From contig NW_015164245.1 of the NCBI RefSeq assembly GCF_001447785.1, positions 5,386 to 69,385 on the forward strand: a stretch of DNA of 64,000 nt, read 5' to 3'. The notes under the pieces are model-generated. The model had not been told where the DNA came from. It was given only the letters and a program-made list of their open reading frames with translations, and did not search any database. Shown here in pieces: positions 25,060 through 37,499 of the stretch. The first letter of the stretch is position 1. Every line of letters starts with the position of its first letter. Source of the stretch: Gekko japonicus (taxonomy: Eukaryota). The translations under genes were made by a program, and so were the position numbers.

Positions 25060-26684
25060 CTGTGGCAACCTTAGCAGGGTATAATGACAGAGTCCACCGT
25101 TTTCTCCAGAGGAACTGATCTCTGCTACCTGAAGAGCAGTTGTAATTTTGAGTGATCTCCAGCCCTCGCCTGGAGATTGGCAACAATTGTTACCCAGGAC
25201 GAAATGGCTGGTTTGGAGGGTGGAGTCTGTGGCATTGTACCTGTCTGAGGTCCAACCCCTCCTCAAACCCCACCGTCTCCAGGTTCCACCCATCAAATCC
25301 CCAGGAATTTGCCAACCTGGAGTTGGCAACCCCATCTCCTTCCCAGCTAACCATCAACCTACCGTTATCTGCCCCTCTGACTTCAGCTGACTTCTGCCCT
25401 CCCTCCTGCAGAGCAGTTGTAATTCTGAGTGGTCTCCATTCCTCACCTGGAGATTGGCAACAATGGTTTCCCATGAGAGACTGGCTGGTGGAGTCTATGG
25501 CATTGTACCTGTCTGAGACCCCACCCCTCCTCANNNNNNNNNNNNNNNNNNNNNNNNNNNNNNNNNNNNNNNNNNNNNNNNNNNNNNNNNNNNNNNNNNN
25601 NNNNNNNNNNNNNNNNNNNNNNNNNNNNNNNNNNNNNNNNNNNNNNNNNNNNNNNNNNNNNNNNNNNNNNNNNNNNNNNNNNNNNNNNNNNNNNNNNNNN
25701 NNNNNNNNNNNNNNNNNNNNNNNNNNNNNNNNNNNNNNNNNNNNNNNNNNNNNNNNNNNNNNNNNNNNNNNNNNNNNNNNNNNNNNNNNNNNNNNNNNNN
25801 NNNNNNNNNNNNNNNNNNNNNNNNNNNNNNNNNNNNNNNNNNNNNNNNNNNNNNNNNNNNNNNNNNNNNNNNNNNNNNNNNNNNNNNNNNNNNNNNNNNN
25901 NNNNNNNNNNNNNNNNNNNNNNNNNNNNNNNNNNNNNNNNNNNNNNNNNNNNNNNNNNNNNNNNNNNNNNNNNNNNNNNNNNNNNNNNNNNNNNNNNNNN
26001 NNNNNNNNNNNNNNNNNNNNNNNNNNNNNNNNNNNNNNNNNNNNNNNNNNNNNNNNNNNNNNNNNNNNNNNNNNNNNNNNNNNNNNNNNNNNNNNNNNNN
26101 NNNNNNNNNNNNNNNNNNNNNNNNNNNNNNNNNNNNNNNNNNNNNNNNNNNNNNNNNNNNNNNNNNNNNNNNNNNNNNNNNNNNNNNNNNNNNNNNNNNN
26201 NNNNNNNNNNNNNNNNNNNNNNNNNNNNNNNNNNNNNNNNNNNNNNNNNNNNNNNNNNNNNNNNNNNNNNNNNNNNNNNNNNNNNNNNNNNNNNNNNNNN
26301 NNNNNNNNNNNNNNNNNNNNNNNNNNNNNNNNNNNNNNNNNNNNNNNNNNNNNNNNNNNNNNNNNNNNNNNNNNNNNNNNNNNNNNNNNNNNNNNNNACA
26401 ATGCCATAGACTCCACCCTCCAAACCAGTCAGTCCCTCATGGGGAACCATTGTTGCCAATCTCCATGTGAGGGCTGGAGACCACTCAGAATTACAACTGC
26501 TCTGCAGAAAGGAGGGCAGAGGTCAGCTGAAGTCAAAGGGGCAGATAATGGTAGGTTGATGGTTAGCTGGTAAGGAGATGGGGTTGCCAACTCCAGGCTG
26601 GCAAATTCCTGGGGATTTGAGGGGTGGAGCCTGGAGAGGGTGGGGTTTGCGGAGGGGTGGGACCTCAGACAGGTAGAATGCCAT
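25060..26684. repeat. MITE-derived ~280-bp tandem unit, with inverted orientation across the N-gap
   Basis: 25130-25410 repeats at 25410-25533; 26398-26684 is the reverse complement of ~25228-25508. Confidence 0.85.
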
Positions 26685-27000
26685 ANNNNNNNNNNNNNNN
26701 NNNNNNNNNNNNNNNNNNNNNNNNNNNNNNNNNNNNNNNNNNNNNNNNNNNNNNNNNNNNNNNNNNNNNNNNNNNNNNNNNNNNNNNNNNNNNNNNNNNN
26801 NNNNNNNNNNNNNNNNNNNNNNNNNNNNNNNNNNNNNNNNNNNNNNNNNNNNNNNNNNNNNNNNNNNNNNNNNNNNNNNNNNNNNNNNNNNNNNNCCATT
26901 TAATTTAATTTAAATAATCTTTAATGTGTTGTGTTACCCAAGCTGATAGTTTCATGTCTATCAGAATGATCAAAACACTACAACTTGCATGCATTCATCT

Positions 27001-27143
27001 GACTAATAAATAGGCACAACAATAGGTCTGATAGGATGTCATGCTAACCATAGTTACTTACTTTGGACTAATAAATAGGCACAACAATAGGTCTCGGGAG
27101 CATGCCTGATAGGATGTCATGCTAACCATAGTTACTTACTTTG
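27001..27143. repeat. Tandem duplication (65 bp and 78 bp)
   Basis: Copy 2 carries a central 13-bp insertion. Confidence 0.95.
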
Positions 27144-27695
27144 TTTCTCGGGAGCCTCATTCATTAGTTGATAATCAAGCTCTGCCCCCCATACAGAGGA
27201 AGACAGATACAGTCATTTGTTTTGGTAATAAATCACACATAATATGTGTTGTCTGCTAGATCCCAACAGAAAACAAACTGCTTAATGGCTTTGTATCAAC
27301 AAGAAACAAGAGGGCATGTTGCAGCCATTTCCAATATTAAAACTATGTAAACAATGGATTCTGAATACATCCAAAAAATTAAGAAAGATTTCTGGTTCCA
27401 TTGTGCTTCCAGTGAAGAAATGGAAAACATAACCAAACTTAGGAAACTCTCTGCAGCCCTTACTTCTCCAGATCTTGGGCAGAAACCTTCATTCATTTTA
27501 TACTCCCACTGCAGAAAGGTAACTGAAAATTCCCCACTGAAGATAGTCTCATCCAGACAGGAAATTTAGGAAAGTTGCAGATAGTGCTCAAAATGTACGG
27601 CAGGTCTGAGGCATGTATGTATCCCCATGGGAAACCCATGGGAAACAAATATGGCGCATGTGCTTTAATTTGGTCAAAAACAATGTCCATGTGTG

Positions 27696-27915
27696 AGCCA
27701 GGATGGTGTAGTGTTTAAAATGTTGGACTAGAATCTGGGAGACCCAGGTTCAAATCCCCACTCTGTCGAGGAAGTTTGCTGGGTGAGCATGGGGCAGTCA
27801 CAAGTTCTCAGCCTAACCTCCCTCACAGGGTTGTTGTGACGATCAGACGGAGGAGAGGAGAACAATGTAAGCCTATTTGGGGGGGAAGCTGCGATATAAA
27901 TAAATATATAAATAA
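27696..27915 (+). mobile_element. tRNA-derived SINE (Squam3/MIR-like)
   Basis: A-box TGGTGTAGTG, B-box GGTTCAAATCC, core CTCACAGGGTTGTTGTG, (TAAA) tail. Confidence 0.85.
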
Positions 27916-29599
27916 AAACGAACAAATGATATTCTTCTAGGTGCTCAGTGTTTGGCTGCCTGTCCAATGGCAGGTGTGAGAGGGGGTCTTTGGTAATTCT
28001 GTGTTGCAAAGAAGCTTCCTGATGCCATCAAAGCAGACAAGCCAATGGAATCATGGGCAGGCAGCTGAGGGGAAAAATCAGTAAACAAGGAGGAGAGGAG
28101 CAGGTAAAGTAAATGCAGCCTGACTCTTAGATTGATGGTTCCTCTGTAGGTACGTAGTCCCACATAGCATAAGTTTACTTTTTAAACATGACATGTTTTT
28201 AACTATACAATTTCCCTGTTCTAAATCAGCCTTTGGAAGCTGCTATTAGCCACCCTCCCCCAGTACTGCCATTCCAGTTTAATTTGCAGCCATTAGCAGC
28301 TGCTTATAAGTAAAAATCAAAACATCAGGAGATCTGATCATGGGTCTTCCACATTCATCTGTTTTGTCGCCACGTACTCACATCGTGAAAGCTGCTATTT
28401 AGTATGTCAGAGGAGGTTCACATCCAATTGTCACTACAAGAAAGTAAATTAAATCTACATATTTCCTACGCAGTAATAATAGGGTAAATCGCCCAATGGT
28501 AAATCATTCGCATCCAAGTGTCATGTGCTGAACTGAGGACTTGATGATATCATTGTTCCTCTTCTCAAGAAAATGGATGTTTTCGTGCAACGTAAATAAT
28601 AGGGACTCTTTTTTTCATGCTGATAAAAGTTTAAGCAGAAAGCCTTTCTTCAGGTTATGATGGTCCTTCTGTTTCTTATTTTTCCAGATGTAACTTATTT
28701 CCCCTTTTAAAATACAATTAATTAGAACATATGGGGCACTTGTACCACAGCATGCTCTATAAAAATTCAAAGGGACATAATTAATTGGAATACTAGGAAA
28801 CAGCATGTTTCTACAAGCCCAGTAAGATCCATGATAATAATTTTAACCTAATTTATGTTCTAAGTGTTTGAAAGATGATGATGATCTTGGAAGCAGCTGG
28901 ATTTCAAACCCTTTGCCTTTAAGGCAATATTTTGAGGGCTTTATTGGGGGGGGGGACAATACCATGAAAAATATAAATGAAATTTGCAGGATGCCAACAG
29001 GGAATATCTAACAAAATTGTGAAAACTTGGGGAGGGGTGGAGTTCACATGTTCATACTGGTTTTTAAAAAGCACTTGTATTGATGTTGTTTAGGAAGTCA
29101 GCTTCTTTTAAATTATTGCAGTAGTTGTGAATAACTTCACGCATGGCTATCACTTTTATTATTTACTGTGGCACTTAGAACTTTTATTTTAAATTTGCAT
29201 TTCAATCAGGTTTTATGCTTACATGAAAAAGAGGGATACATCTAAACCATGCACTTTTATTGCTGGTTCTAAAACAGATTAGTATGGTGATGTCAATTTT
29301 ATGTTTGAATTAAAAATGAACTGGGTGGTAACTAGCTACTTCTTCATAGAGGTGAGCCCTTAATATGGTGGTGGTGGGGGGAGATAACACTGATGAATTG
29401 GTTCCTTTCAAACTTCTCCACTGTTTGAAATTGGAAGTTCAGGAAAATACTTTGCTGCCTCAACTGCTAGAGAATTTGTGACTTGTTAAAACTTGCTGAA
29501 TATTTGCATTGCAGATGCTGGGCATAAGGCTTCATAAGCACAGGATCCACAAAGTACTGTTCAAACAGTTCGACAGCCCATTATGTGGTTAGGGAGGAT

Positions 29600-30250
29600 A
29601 AGGGGTGATGTGGCAGAAGGAAACCACGTAGACCAGTATTTCATGAAAATATGGCCACAGCTTTATTGAGTACAATCAAAGAAGCACTGCCACAGGTTAG
29701 GGATGAATCCAACACTGGGCAACCTGCCTGCACCTCGATAACCACACTCTCAGCCCACCTGCTGGGGAACACAACCGTGGAGTGGCAAGGCCACTACATG
29801 GCCCCTTGCCACCTGTCAGTCTCCAAGCTGGGCATGTGGTTGAGAGGCTCAACCCCCAAGACCCCTTAAAAGATCCCCCAAAACCAAGGGAGGTGGACAG
29901 ACTGGCACGACCCCCCTCCCCAAAGGATCTGTCCCAATGCCCAAAAGCACCCAAGCTTTGACAAGAATGAAAACCAAATGTAACATAATAAAAACATCCC
30001 ACAACACCTGAAATGCCTAAAAACAGGGAGAGAGGGAGGGAGGGAGAGAGGGAAAGCTGATGAAGCTGATCTGAGGGTGAACCAGCTGTGGTGCTAGGCT
30101 TAAATAGCCACAGGGGCATCATAGCGCCCACCCACTCTAGCTACTGCTTCTGGCACTGCTGGCTAGCTTGTGCAGCCGGCTCTACCCCTACAAGCTTGTG
30201 AGCAGCACAAGACTGCGAACCATGCTTCCTTTGCCTCCCCCCTCCAAACC
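29600..30250 (-). mobile_element. Probable Ngaro/DIRS terminal-repeat remnant
   Basis: Reverse AATAAAGCTGTGGCC end and GC-rich body resemble the termini at 3510 and 35200. Confidence 0.45.
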
Positions 30251-30550
30251 AGTAAGTCAGTGCTGTATTTATGCAAGTTGCATCATTCTAAGATACTCAG
30301 TTTTATGCTGTCCCCAAAACTGACCTTGTGATTTTGGTTTGCCTGAAATAATTGATCAAATTAACACTTCTCATTCCTTCCGATAAAATATCTATGGCAT
30401 TTATTTGAGTGGAAAGCCACACCCCTTATGTGGAAAGCCACACCCAGGAGCCCTATTCCCTGCTTACACTACAGAAAGTCAAGATTTATCCAAAAGTGCC
30501 CTTCCAGAGTATTTGAGCATATGAAGCAGCCGTACTCCATAGCAGACAAT

Positions 30551-30799
30551 TGGGGATGACAACCTCCAGGTGGGACCTGGAAATCCCCTGGAAATATAGC
30601 TCATCTCCAGACTACAGAGATCAGTTGCCCTGGAGAAAATTGATGCTTTGGAGGGTGAACTCTATGACATTGTACCCCACTGAAGTCCCTGTCCTCCACA
30701 GGCTCCATCCCCAAATCTCCAGGAATTGCCCAACCTGGATCTGGCAACCCTACCCCCCTCCATCCTGCACTGGTAGCCAGGGGGCACCTGGCAACCCTA
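30551..30799 (+). mobile_element. Full-length AGGGTTGCCA-family MITE
   Basis: GGGGATGACAACCTCCAGG ... CTGGCAACCCTA termini and family core. Confidence 0.85.
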
Positions 30800-33430
30800 C
30801 TGAAATTACTCTGTGCATGAAATGGTCCATATATGCTTGCTGTTACCAGCACTGGCTCTTCAGTTTGTCAGGCAGAGAAAGCCTTTTCAGCTTCCACTGA
30901 GATCTTTTTAATTGGCTTTATAGGGGATTGCACCCAGGGTCTGCTTGTGCAAAGAACATGCTGTACAGTGATCTGTGGTAGGAATAAGGCAGGGATTTGC
31001 TCCTTCATAAGCTGATTAGTTGTTTCTGTGTGGCTGCTGGGTGAGGTGCAGTATATGCAGAATGAGACTTGCTTTCTTTCCCTCCTTAGTGTTAGCAGTA
31101 GGAAGAGGCATGAGGCCACCAGTTGTAAGCAGCCACACTTCCTTCTTGAAATTGGCAAAATGAAGAAAGGAAGGAGGGGTCTCCCTGAAAAGAATTACAG
31201 GAGGGCTAGAGTGAAGTAATCTGGGATCCTCTTTCCATATTGCTTATGTTCCCTTTTTATTCTTTTCCTGTTTAAATGCTGATGCAGGTACTGAAAAGTG
31301 TGAGGTCATCGGGTAAAACCACAAAACTTCATTTTGCTTTAGCAGAGCTACCTCGTGGTCATTCCATGTCTGTCTTGAGTTTCTGGTCAACAAAATCTCA
31401 GTGGCCTGTATCTCTGTGGTTAGCTAACTGTTCATTAAAAATATATCTTTTTTAGTCAGGTCTTTCCTTCTGTGTCATGCTAAATGTGTCATCCTGAAGA
31501 AAACTCATGTGATCTAGCAGACTCTCTTAATTCCTTTCTGTGATTAACCAGTAATGCAGATTTCTCCATAGTGAGTGACACATTTAAGATGCAAATCTGT
31601 AAATGGCTTTGTAAACACTCAACAGAATAGGTTGCTGAGCACTGGCCAGGCATACACAGACTCTGAGGCACTCTATGGTCAAAGAATGTGGCTACAGGCT
31701 AAAGCAAGCATTGCAGCAAACCAGAGACATGAAACTTGAGCCATCTGAGTCTTGCAGCTTCTCGTAGTTGTAAACAGCACTGCATAAGGTGTCTGGACCA
31801 GGCAGAATCTGTAAACCAAACTTAACATTACGCAGCAGCTGCATGTAGCCTGACAGGTTCTTTTCCATTCAGAGTGCCATTAAGAAAGGAGAACTTAGCC
31901 CACCTCCTACTATCCATTTTTCCCATGACAAAGTTACTTGGGAAACACCATTTTGGAACCCTGGGGAAGACAAAAGAGATGCAGGTGAGCATCTCAAGGG
32001 AAACACAAGTGACTAGATCTTATGATTTGGTTAGAATAACTACATAGTAATATTATAAGATATCTCTGTCTCAAGTTATTAGACATATCTCCAATGTTTG
32101 TAAATTTGGAATATTAATGAATTTTGTCACACTTGCAGTACTTGGGTGGACTATGAACTGAGTTCTGCTCAGAATGGGTAAGCTGAGGTCTTGCACATGT
32201 GTGGTCAACATTCAGGCTGTTTTGTAGGTAACACGTGCCAAGCAGCTCTTTGTCCATGCGTGTATCTTTATTTGCAGGTCTCTGTTTCTTTTTTTTTCAA
32301 ACATTTTGTGTGGCTGCTATCCCCTATCCCAATCTAAAACTCTCTTCTTTGTGCTTTGGCAAAGGCATGCTTGAACTTCCAAGTGATTCTCAGTTGCAGT
32401 CAGTTAGGGAACAGCAATTCCTAGGGATTAGTATAAGGTACACGGTGAGGCAAAGGCATGCAAGTACCAGTGTTACGAGCTGAGAGAAAAATCTTGGAAC
32501 TAGGCAGACATTTTTTCTCTGAACTCTCACTGAGAAAGCTTGTAAATGCTAATTCCTCATCAAACTAAGAGTTTGCACATCTATTCTTCCTGTGTGGCTC
32601 CCAGGTGGCTATTTCCACCCAAAGTTGTAACTTTCCTATCACTTGGTAGAATGTAATGACAGATGCATTCTGTAGTAATAATTACTTAGGACAGCTCTCA
32701 GTGCTGGAAGGAAAATTGGACAGCCATGTCAGTTAAAAAAAAAACCAGGCAACTCAATACTTCACAATATTGCTAGCCAGAAGATTGGACATTGTTATTT
32801 TCACCCACGCTAACCATGCAGAGGAAGCTATTTTGTGCAAACTAATTGAACAATGTTACTAAGTGTTAACTGTCTTTTAAACACAATACCATTACAATGA
32901 TACCTAGCTGAAAATGGCAACTGATTGTATAGACTATGTTCTTAGTTCTTTGCACCTTGTCTAAACAGGGCTGCTAACATCAGCAACATCAGAGTGTTGA
33001 TTCACCAGAATTTGGTTGACACCACAGTGGGGAATTTGCTTGAAAATATCTATTTGGTCCAGCTGATTCAGCAGCAAGCAGACAACTCTCCTAAGGCCAC
33101 AGCTCAGATTTGCTCGAGCGGATTTAATTGACATGATGACAAGTGCTGCTGCCACTGCCTTGTTTAGAGAAGTCTTTCAGTTAGTCCAAACTAATATTTA
33201 GCTAGATCAGCAACTCATTTCCCAGCTCCTTTTCATGATTGCATATCCCTCAAGTGAAGGTTCTAGTGCCATTCAGGTGATGTTTGAAGTGGAATGAAGG
33301 AGCGGTGCCCTTGATTGATAAACACAGTAGACAAACAAGGAACACGTGTGCTGAAGTAAATATAACAATGAATGTAATGTAAATGGGAGGGTATGATGTT
33401 GTGCTGTGTGTGTTTCTGATGCTATATGAT

Positions 33431-33920
33431 GGCCCCGTTCACACGGAGGATTTGCCGCGCTAAAGGCATGAATGTCAGGTGGATTTTCGGTGCGCGATCA
33501 CACTGCAACATCTGGTAAGTGTAGCACACCCGTGGCCAACCCGTGGTGTCCCACTGAAGATGTGCAGTAAAAAAGGACCTTGGAACGTGCACTAGTATCC
33601 GGAAAACGTGGGTCAGCTAGTATCCCGTGGCATCTGGCGCCCATCCACGTCCCATCGCAAACCGGATGTTTTTCGTAAGCGCATATGCACAAACATGTAA
33701 CTTAAAGCAGTGCTGCTCCATTGAACTGCACATGCACACAAAAGCGAAACGCTTGCCGGGCCACTTCTTTGCCATGCTCCAGCATCGGTGTGTGATAGCC
33801 AGCTAACAGCCTAATTGCGAAGTCTTGGGAGACTGTGTGATTGGGCTACCGTGCTTTATTTTGCTCTGGGGCAAACAGCCACACCTCCCCCCCACGTTAT
33901 CTGACCCATGTGACCGGGGC
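33431..33920. mobile_element. CpG-rich PIF/Harbinger-like MITE
   Basis: TIRs GGCCCCGTTCACA / TGTGACCGGGGC; TGA(T) on both flanks. Confidence 0.75.
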
Positions 33921-34160
33921 TGATGTTGTGCTGTGTGTTTCTGATGACTCAAATTTGTTCATGTGGGCCTAGGAAGGATAGTTTCCTAATGAACATGCTT
34001 CACTCTTGATGAAATGCTGCACATGGTCTGGTAACTACTGCTGAGTCTTGACACTGCTCCAAGCCAAGGTCTATAGGACTTTGTAACCTCATTTTGAGAC
34101 ATCGGGAACGGACTGTATTAGTTTCACATAGATTGTTTCCTTTTAAAAATTATTCTGTGC

Positions 34161-34713
34161 TAAAGACTGCAATTAATGTATTAGCATGGGAATTGGTAGA
34201 ATTTGTCTCCTTCCCGGCTGTGGAGCCCTAGAGGCCATTGTGGGCAGGGGCTGCTTTGCCTCCCTTAGAAGGAGGAATAGGCGGGGGATATGTGATGCCA
34301 GCATCATGACATCACAGCAGAGAGACAGAACCAGCAAGGATTTAAGAATGGCTCCACCCCCACCCTTCCTCTTTCACCCACATGTCAGCCCACCCTCCTG
34401 CCCTGCAGGTTTTAGCTGGTTGCCTTTTGGGGGTAAAGACTGCAATTAATGTATTAGCATGGCAATTGGTAGAATTTGTCTCCTTCCCGGCCGTGGAGCC
34501 CTGAAGGCTGTTGTGGGCAGGGGCTGCTTTGTCTCCCCTAGAAGGAGGAAGAGGCAGGGGATATGTGATGCCAGCATCATGGCATCACAGCAGAGGGACA
34601 GAACCAGCAAGAATTTAAGAATGGCTCCACCCCCACCCTTCCTCTTTCACCCACATGTCAGCCCACCATCCTGCCCTGTATGCAGTGCAGGTTTTAGCTG
34701 GTTGCCTTTTGGG
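34161..34713. repeat. Tandem duplication of ~273 bp, roughly 5% diverged
   Basis: 34161-34433 vs 34434-34713; paralogous ORFs in the track at 34186 and 34459. Confidence 0.95.
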
Positions 34714-35270
34714 GGCTGGGAAGGAATTTTTCACCCCTCCTTTAATTGGCATAGAGGGGGGGGTGTTTTTGCCTACCTAGCACTGTTGTCAGTGGACTAT
34801 GTGAAAATTGGATGTGGTGGTTCTGTTAAATAGGATTGATCACTTGGCAGGTTAGTGTAGTAAAAAGGAAAATAGATCTGGTGAGCACCATATGACACCT
34901 TCCCAGTTGGGGGTCAAGGGGTCCATCAAGTCCAGCCTTTGGGTTTTGTGGTCCAGGGCTGGGAATTAGGACTCCCTTGGGGACCACCCTGACTAAGCTT
35001 GTCCTCTCTAAATTTTGCGGCTTGCGGGGAGTTCCAGGGTGGTACCCCATTTGCTGTGTTGGCTGGTGGTGAGCCAGAGGTATGGCTCACATCCAGGGCA
35101 AAGGTGGGTCACCCAATATATCGCAAGGAGATGGTCTGGGGCAACCCCTGGCCTTGGCCTATTTCCGCACTTGGGGTTTGCCCTTGCCGCAAACTGAAAA
35201 TGCTTAATACAGTGGCCCTGAGTTAAACCAATTCTGGTGTCTGTCTCTTATTTCTGACTGGGGGGAGATA
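34200..35270 (+). mobile_element. Ngaro-family non-coding terminal remnant
   Basis: 35150-35265 aligns to the reverse complement of 3520-3630 (GCCTTGGC..GGGGTTT.CC.TTGC..AGTGGCCC..AGTTAA..GTGTCTG.CTC.TTATT). Confidence 0.7.
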
Positions 35271-36054
35271 CAAAGCATGCTAGTGTCTTCTTAGATGAGC
35301 CAAGGAGGAGGTAAGAGGAATCTATTGATGACCTTCAAATAAGTGCGGCTTCACGTGCTCTTAGATGCACAGTATACTACTTTTTAAACAAGGGTGAAGA
35401 CCCAGCATTACTTTTTTTCCTGATAGCAAGAACGAGGGTTATGTCAACAAATAATGTTAAGTAAAAGGGTGGGGCCAAATTTGATACTAAAATGTGTATT
35501 ATAATTTTTTTCCAGTTGTAGTTATACAGTCCTTCAGTACACAAAACTTTGTACACTGAACTGCTGCAAGAGCCAGTCTCAGTCTCTCTCTGTCTCTGAT
35601 GAACATGCTGCTTCAGGAATGTCCACTCTCTTTTTACAAATCAATTCCATTAAAGATGAATCAACTTATTTGGCACAGTCTTTTACATTCTGGTTTTGGG
35701 AGGAACTTTATTTCTCAGGCAGGCATCAAATGTTTTAAATTAATCAACCTGGCTAACTTTAAATGAACAGTTACAGCAGCCGCTAGGGTCTCTGCTTAGT
35801 AGATCAAAGTTGGAGGGGGAACATTCTCTTTCATTAAAAAATATGCATTCTAAACGGAGAACTCATTAATCAGAGCTGAGCACCTGGGCTGCAAACTTAA
35901 GCACACTTGCCAGGGGGTAAATTCCCTTGAATTTAATGGGATTTTCTTTTGAGTGTATACCCTTATACTTCCATTATATGTGGTCATGCACTATCTTAAC
36001 ATGGAAGGCTCTATGGGAAATTAAAATGTTTTCCTAGTGAAACTGTTGTCTACA

Positions 36055-36660
36055 TTAGAACAGATTTTGAGTCCAGTGGCACCTGTTAAGACCAGCAATA
36101 GTTTATTCAGGATATGAGCTTTCATGTGCATGCACACATCCTCAGGCACATTGAAATGGAAGTTAACAGTTCATCTATATAGGCAGATGCCTCTGCATAG
36201 GTGAACAACAAATTAGCATACAACTTAATGAAGATGTTTTGACATATGCAAAGACTAAATAACAATAACAAGCTAAGTTCATATGGTCACCATTTGTTTG
36301 GATTTAATTAGGGGGAAACAGTGAAGTAATAAATATGTCAAAATAGGAGACAGATGTATAAAAGTATCTTTCTAAGAGTAGTAAATGGTGACTCTGTTGT
36401 TATGCTCCATTTATCTCCTTCCAAGCATGGAGTTAAGTAACAACATCCTTTTCTTAGAGGTGGGGTGCAGTGTTAGGTCAGAGAAATGCATTCCATTATT
36501 CATTGCATTACAGTCACTATTCCAATATACTATTCCAAAAAAGAAATACACTAAAATACAGAGAATGTATAGCCCCTCTTGGTGAGAATATATATGCAAG
36601 GACTTAATGAGTTTAGCATATGTAATGAGTTAAGAATCCAATATCCCTGTGAAGTCCCAT
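36055..36660 (-). mobile_element. Penelope-like element remnant
   Basis: TAGAACAG..GAGTCCAGTGGCACC..AGACCA..AGCTTTC pseudo-LTR motif; minus-strand ORF end GLHRDIGFLTHYIC* (36615-36657) resembles the Penelope GIY-YIG C-terminus. Confidence 0.75.
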
Positions 36661-36816
36661 AAGTGAACTAGAGCATGCTGTCATTTCTGCTATGCACATA
36701 AACTGTTCACTTTTCAAGCATTGTTGACTAAGGTTCCTAAGTGTAGCTTATTTACACTGTGCGTACATCACAGAGATACTATATTACTACATGAGTTTCC
36801 CCAAAGAATATTATGA

Positions 36817-36980
36817 ACAGTGCAATCCTAAACAGAAGTATATGCTTCTAAGTCTACTGAAGTCAAGTAAAAATCTTAGGCTGCAATCCTAGATACTTTC
36901 TTAGAAGTAAGCCTCATTGGGACTTATTTTTGAGTTGATCTGCTTAGGACTCTTCCCTTAGTCTTTTTTTCTAGGATTTA
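36817..36980. mobile_element. Nested short hairpin MITEs (GCAATCCTA...TAGGA family)
   Basis: CAGTGCAATCCTAAACAGA and GGCTGCAATCCTAG..AGTAAGCCTCATTGGGACTTA..TAGGA. Confidence 0.55.
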
Positions 36981-37499
36981 CTGGAAATTCAGACTGTTAC
37001 AGTGTCTTTGAAGGATTTAATGTAGGTTATATAGAATAAATGACAAGCCAGCATGAATTGCTGGTTACAGTTCTGTCAGTCTATCCTGGTGGCTTTAGAA
37101 CTAGCGAAATCACAGACAGAAAATTGTGTGGGTTTTTGTGGGTATACATGCAGGTGTAGTTGGGTGTGTGCATGCAAAATCTTGAGTCTGAAAGTGAAGT
37201 AAGTTATAATTACTTCTAAATGAGACAAATTAACATTACATTTCTCTAGAGTGTGCTATCAGTCCTGTGAATTATATAAGACTTAGGTCACATCCACAAA
37301 TGGTATTTTAATAGTTTTCAATTTAGAGTTGCCCTAGTAGTAGCAATACAATAAAATATTATAAAGCTATTAGAAGCAAGTAATATGATTTCTGCCCATT
37401 CCTTTTCCTCCTTTCCCCTTTGATTAAAATGTAATTTCATCAGATTACTACACTGTTTATCGGTCTATTAATATACTTAATCTGAAGACAGTAAATTGT

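Noticed and set aside
25152-26908. Long ORFs (up to 473 aa) in the track
   Set aside because: They run through N-gaps and MITE sequence; they are artefacts
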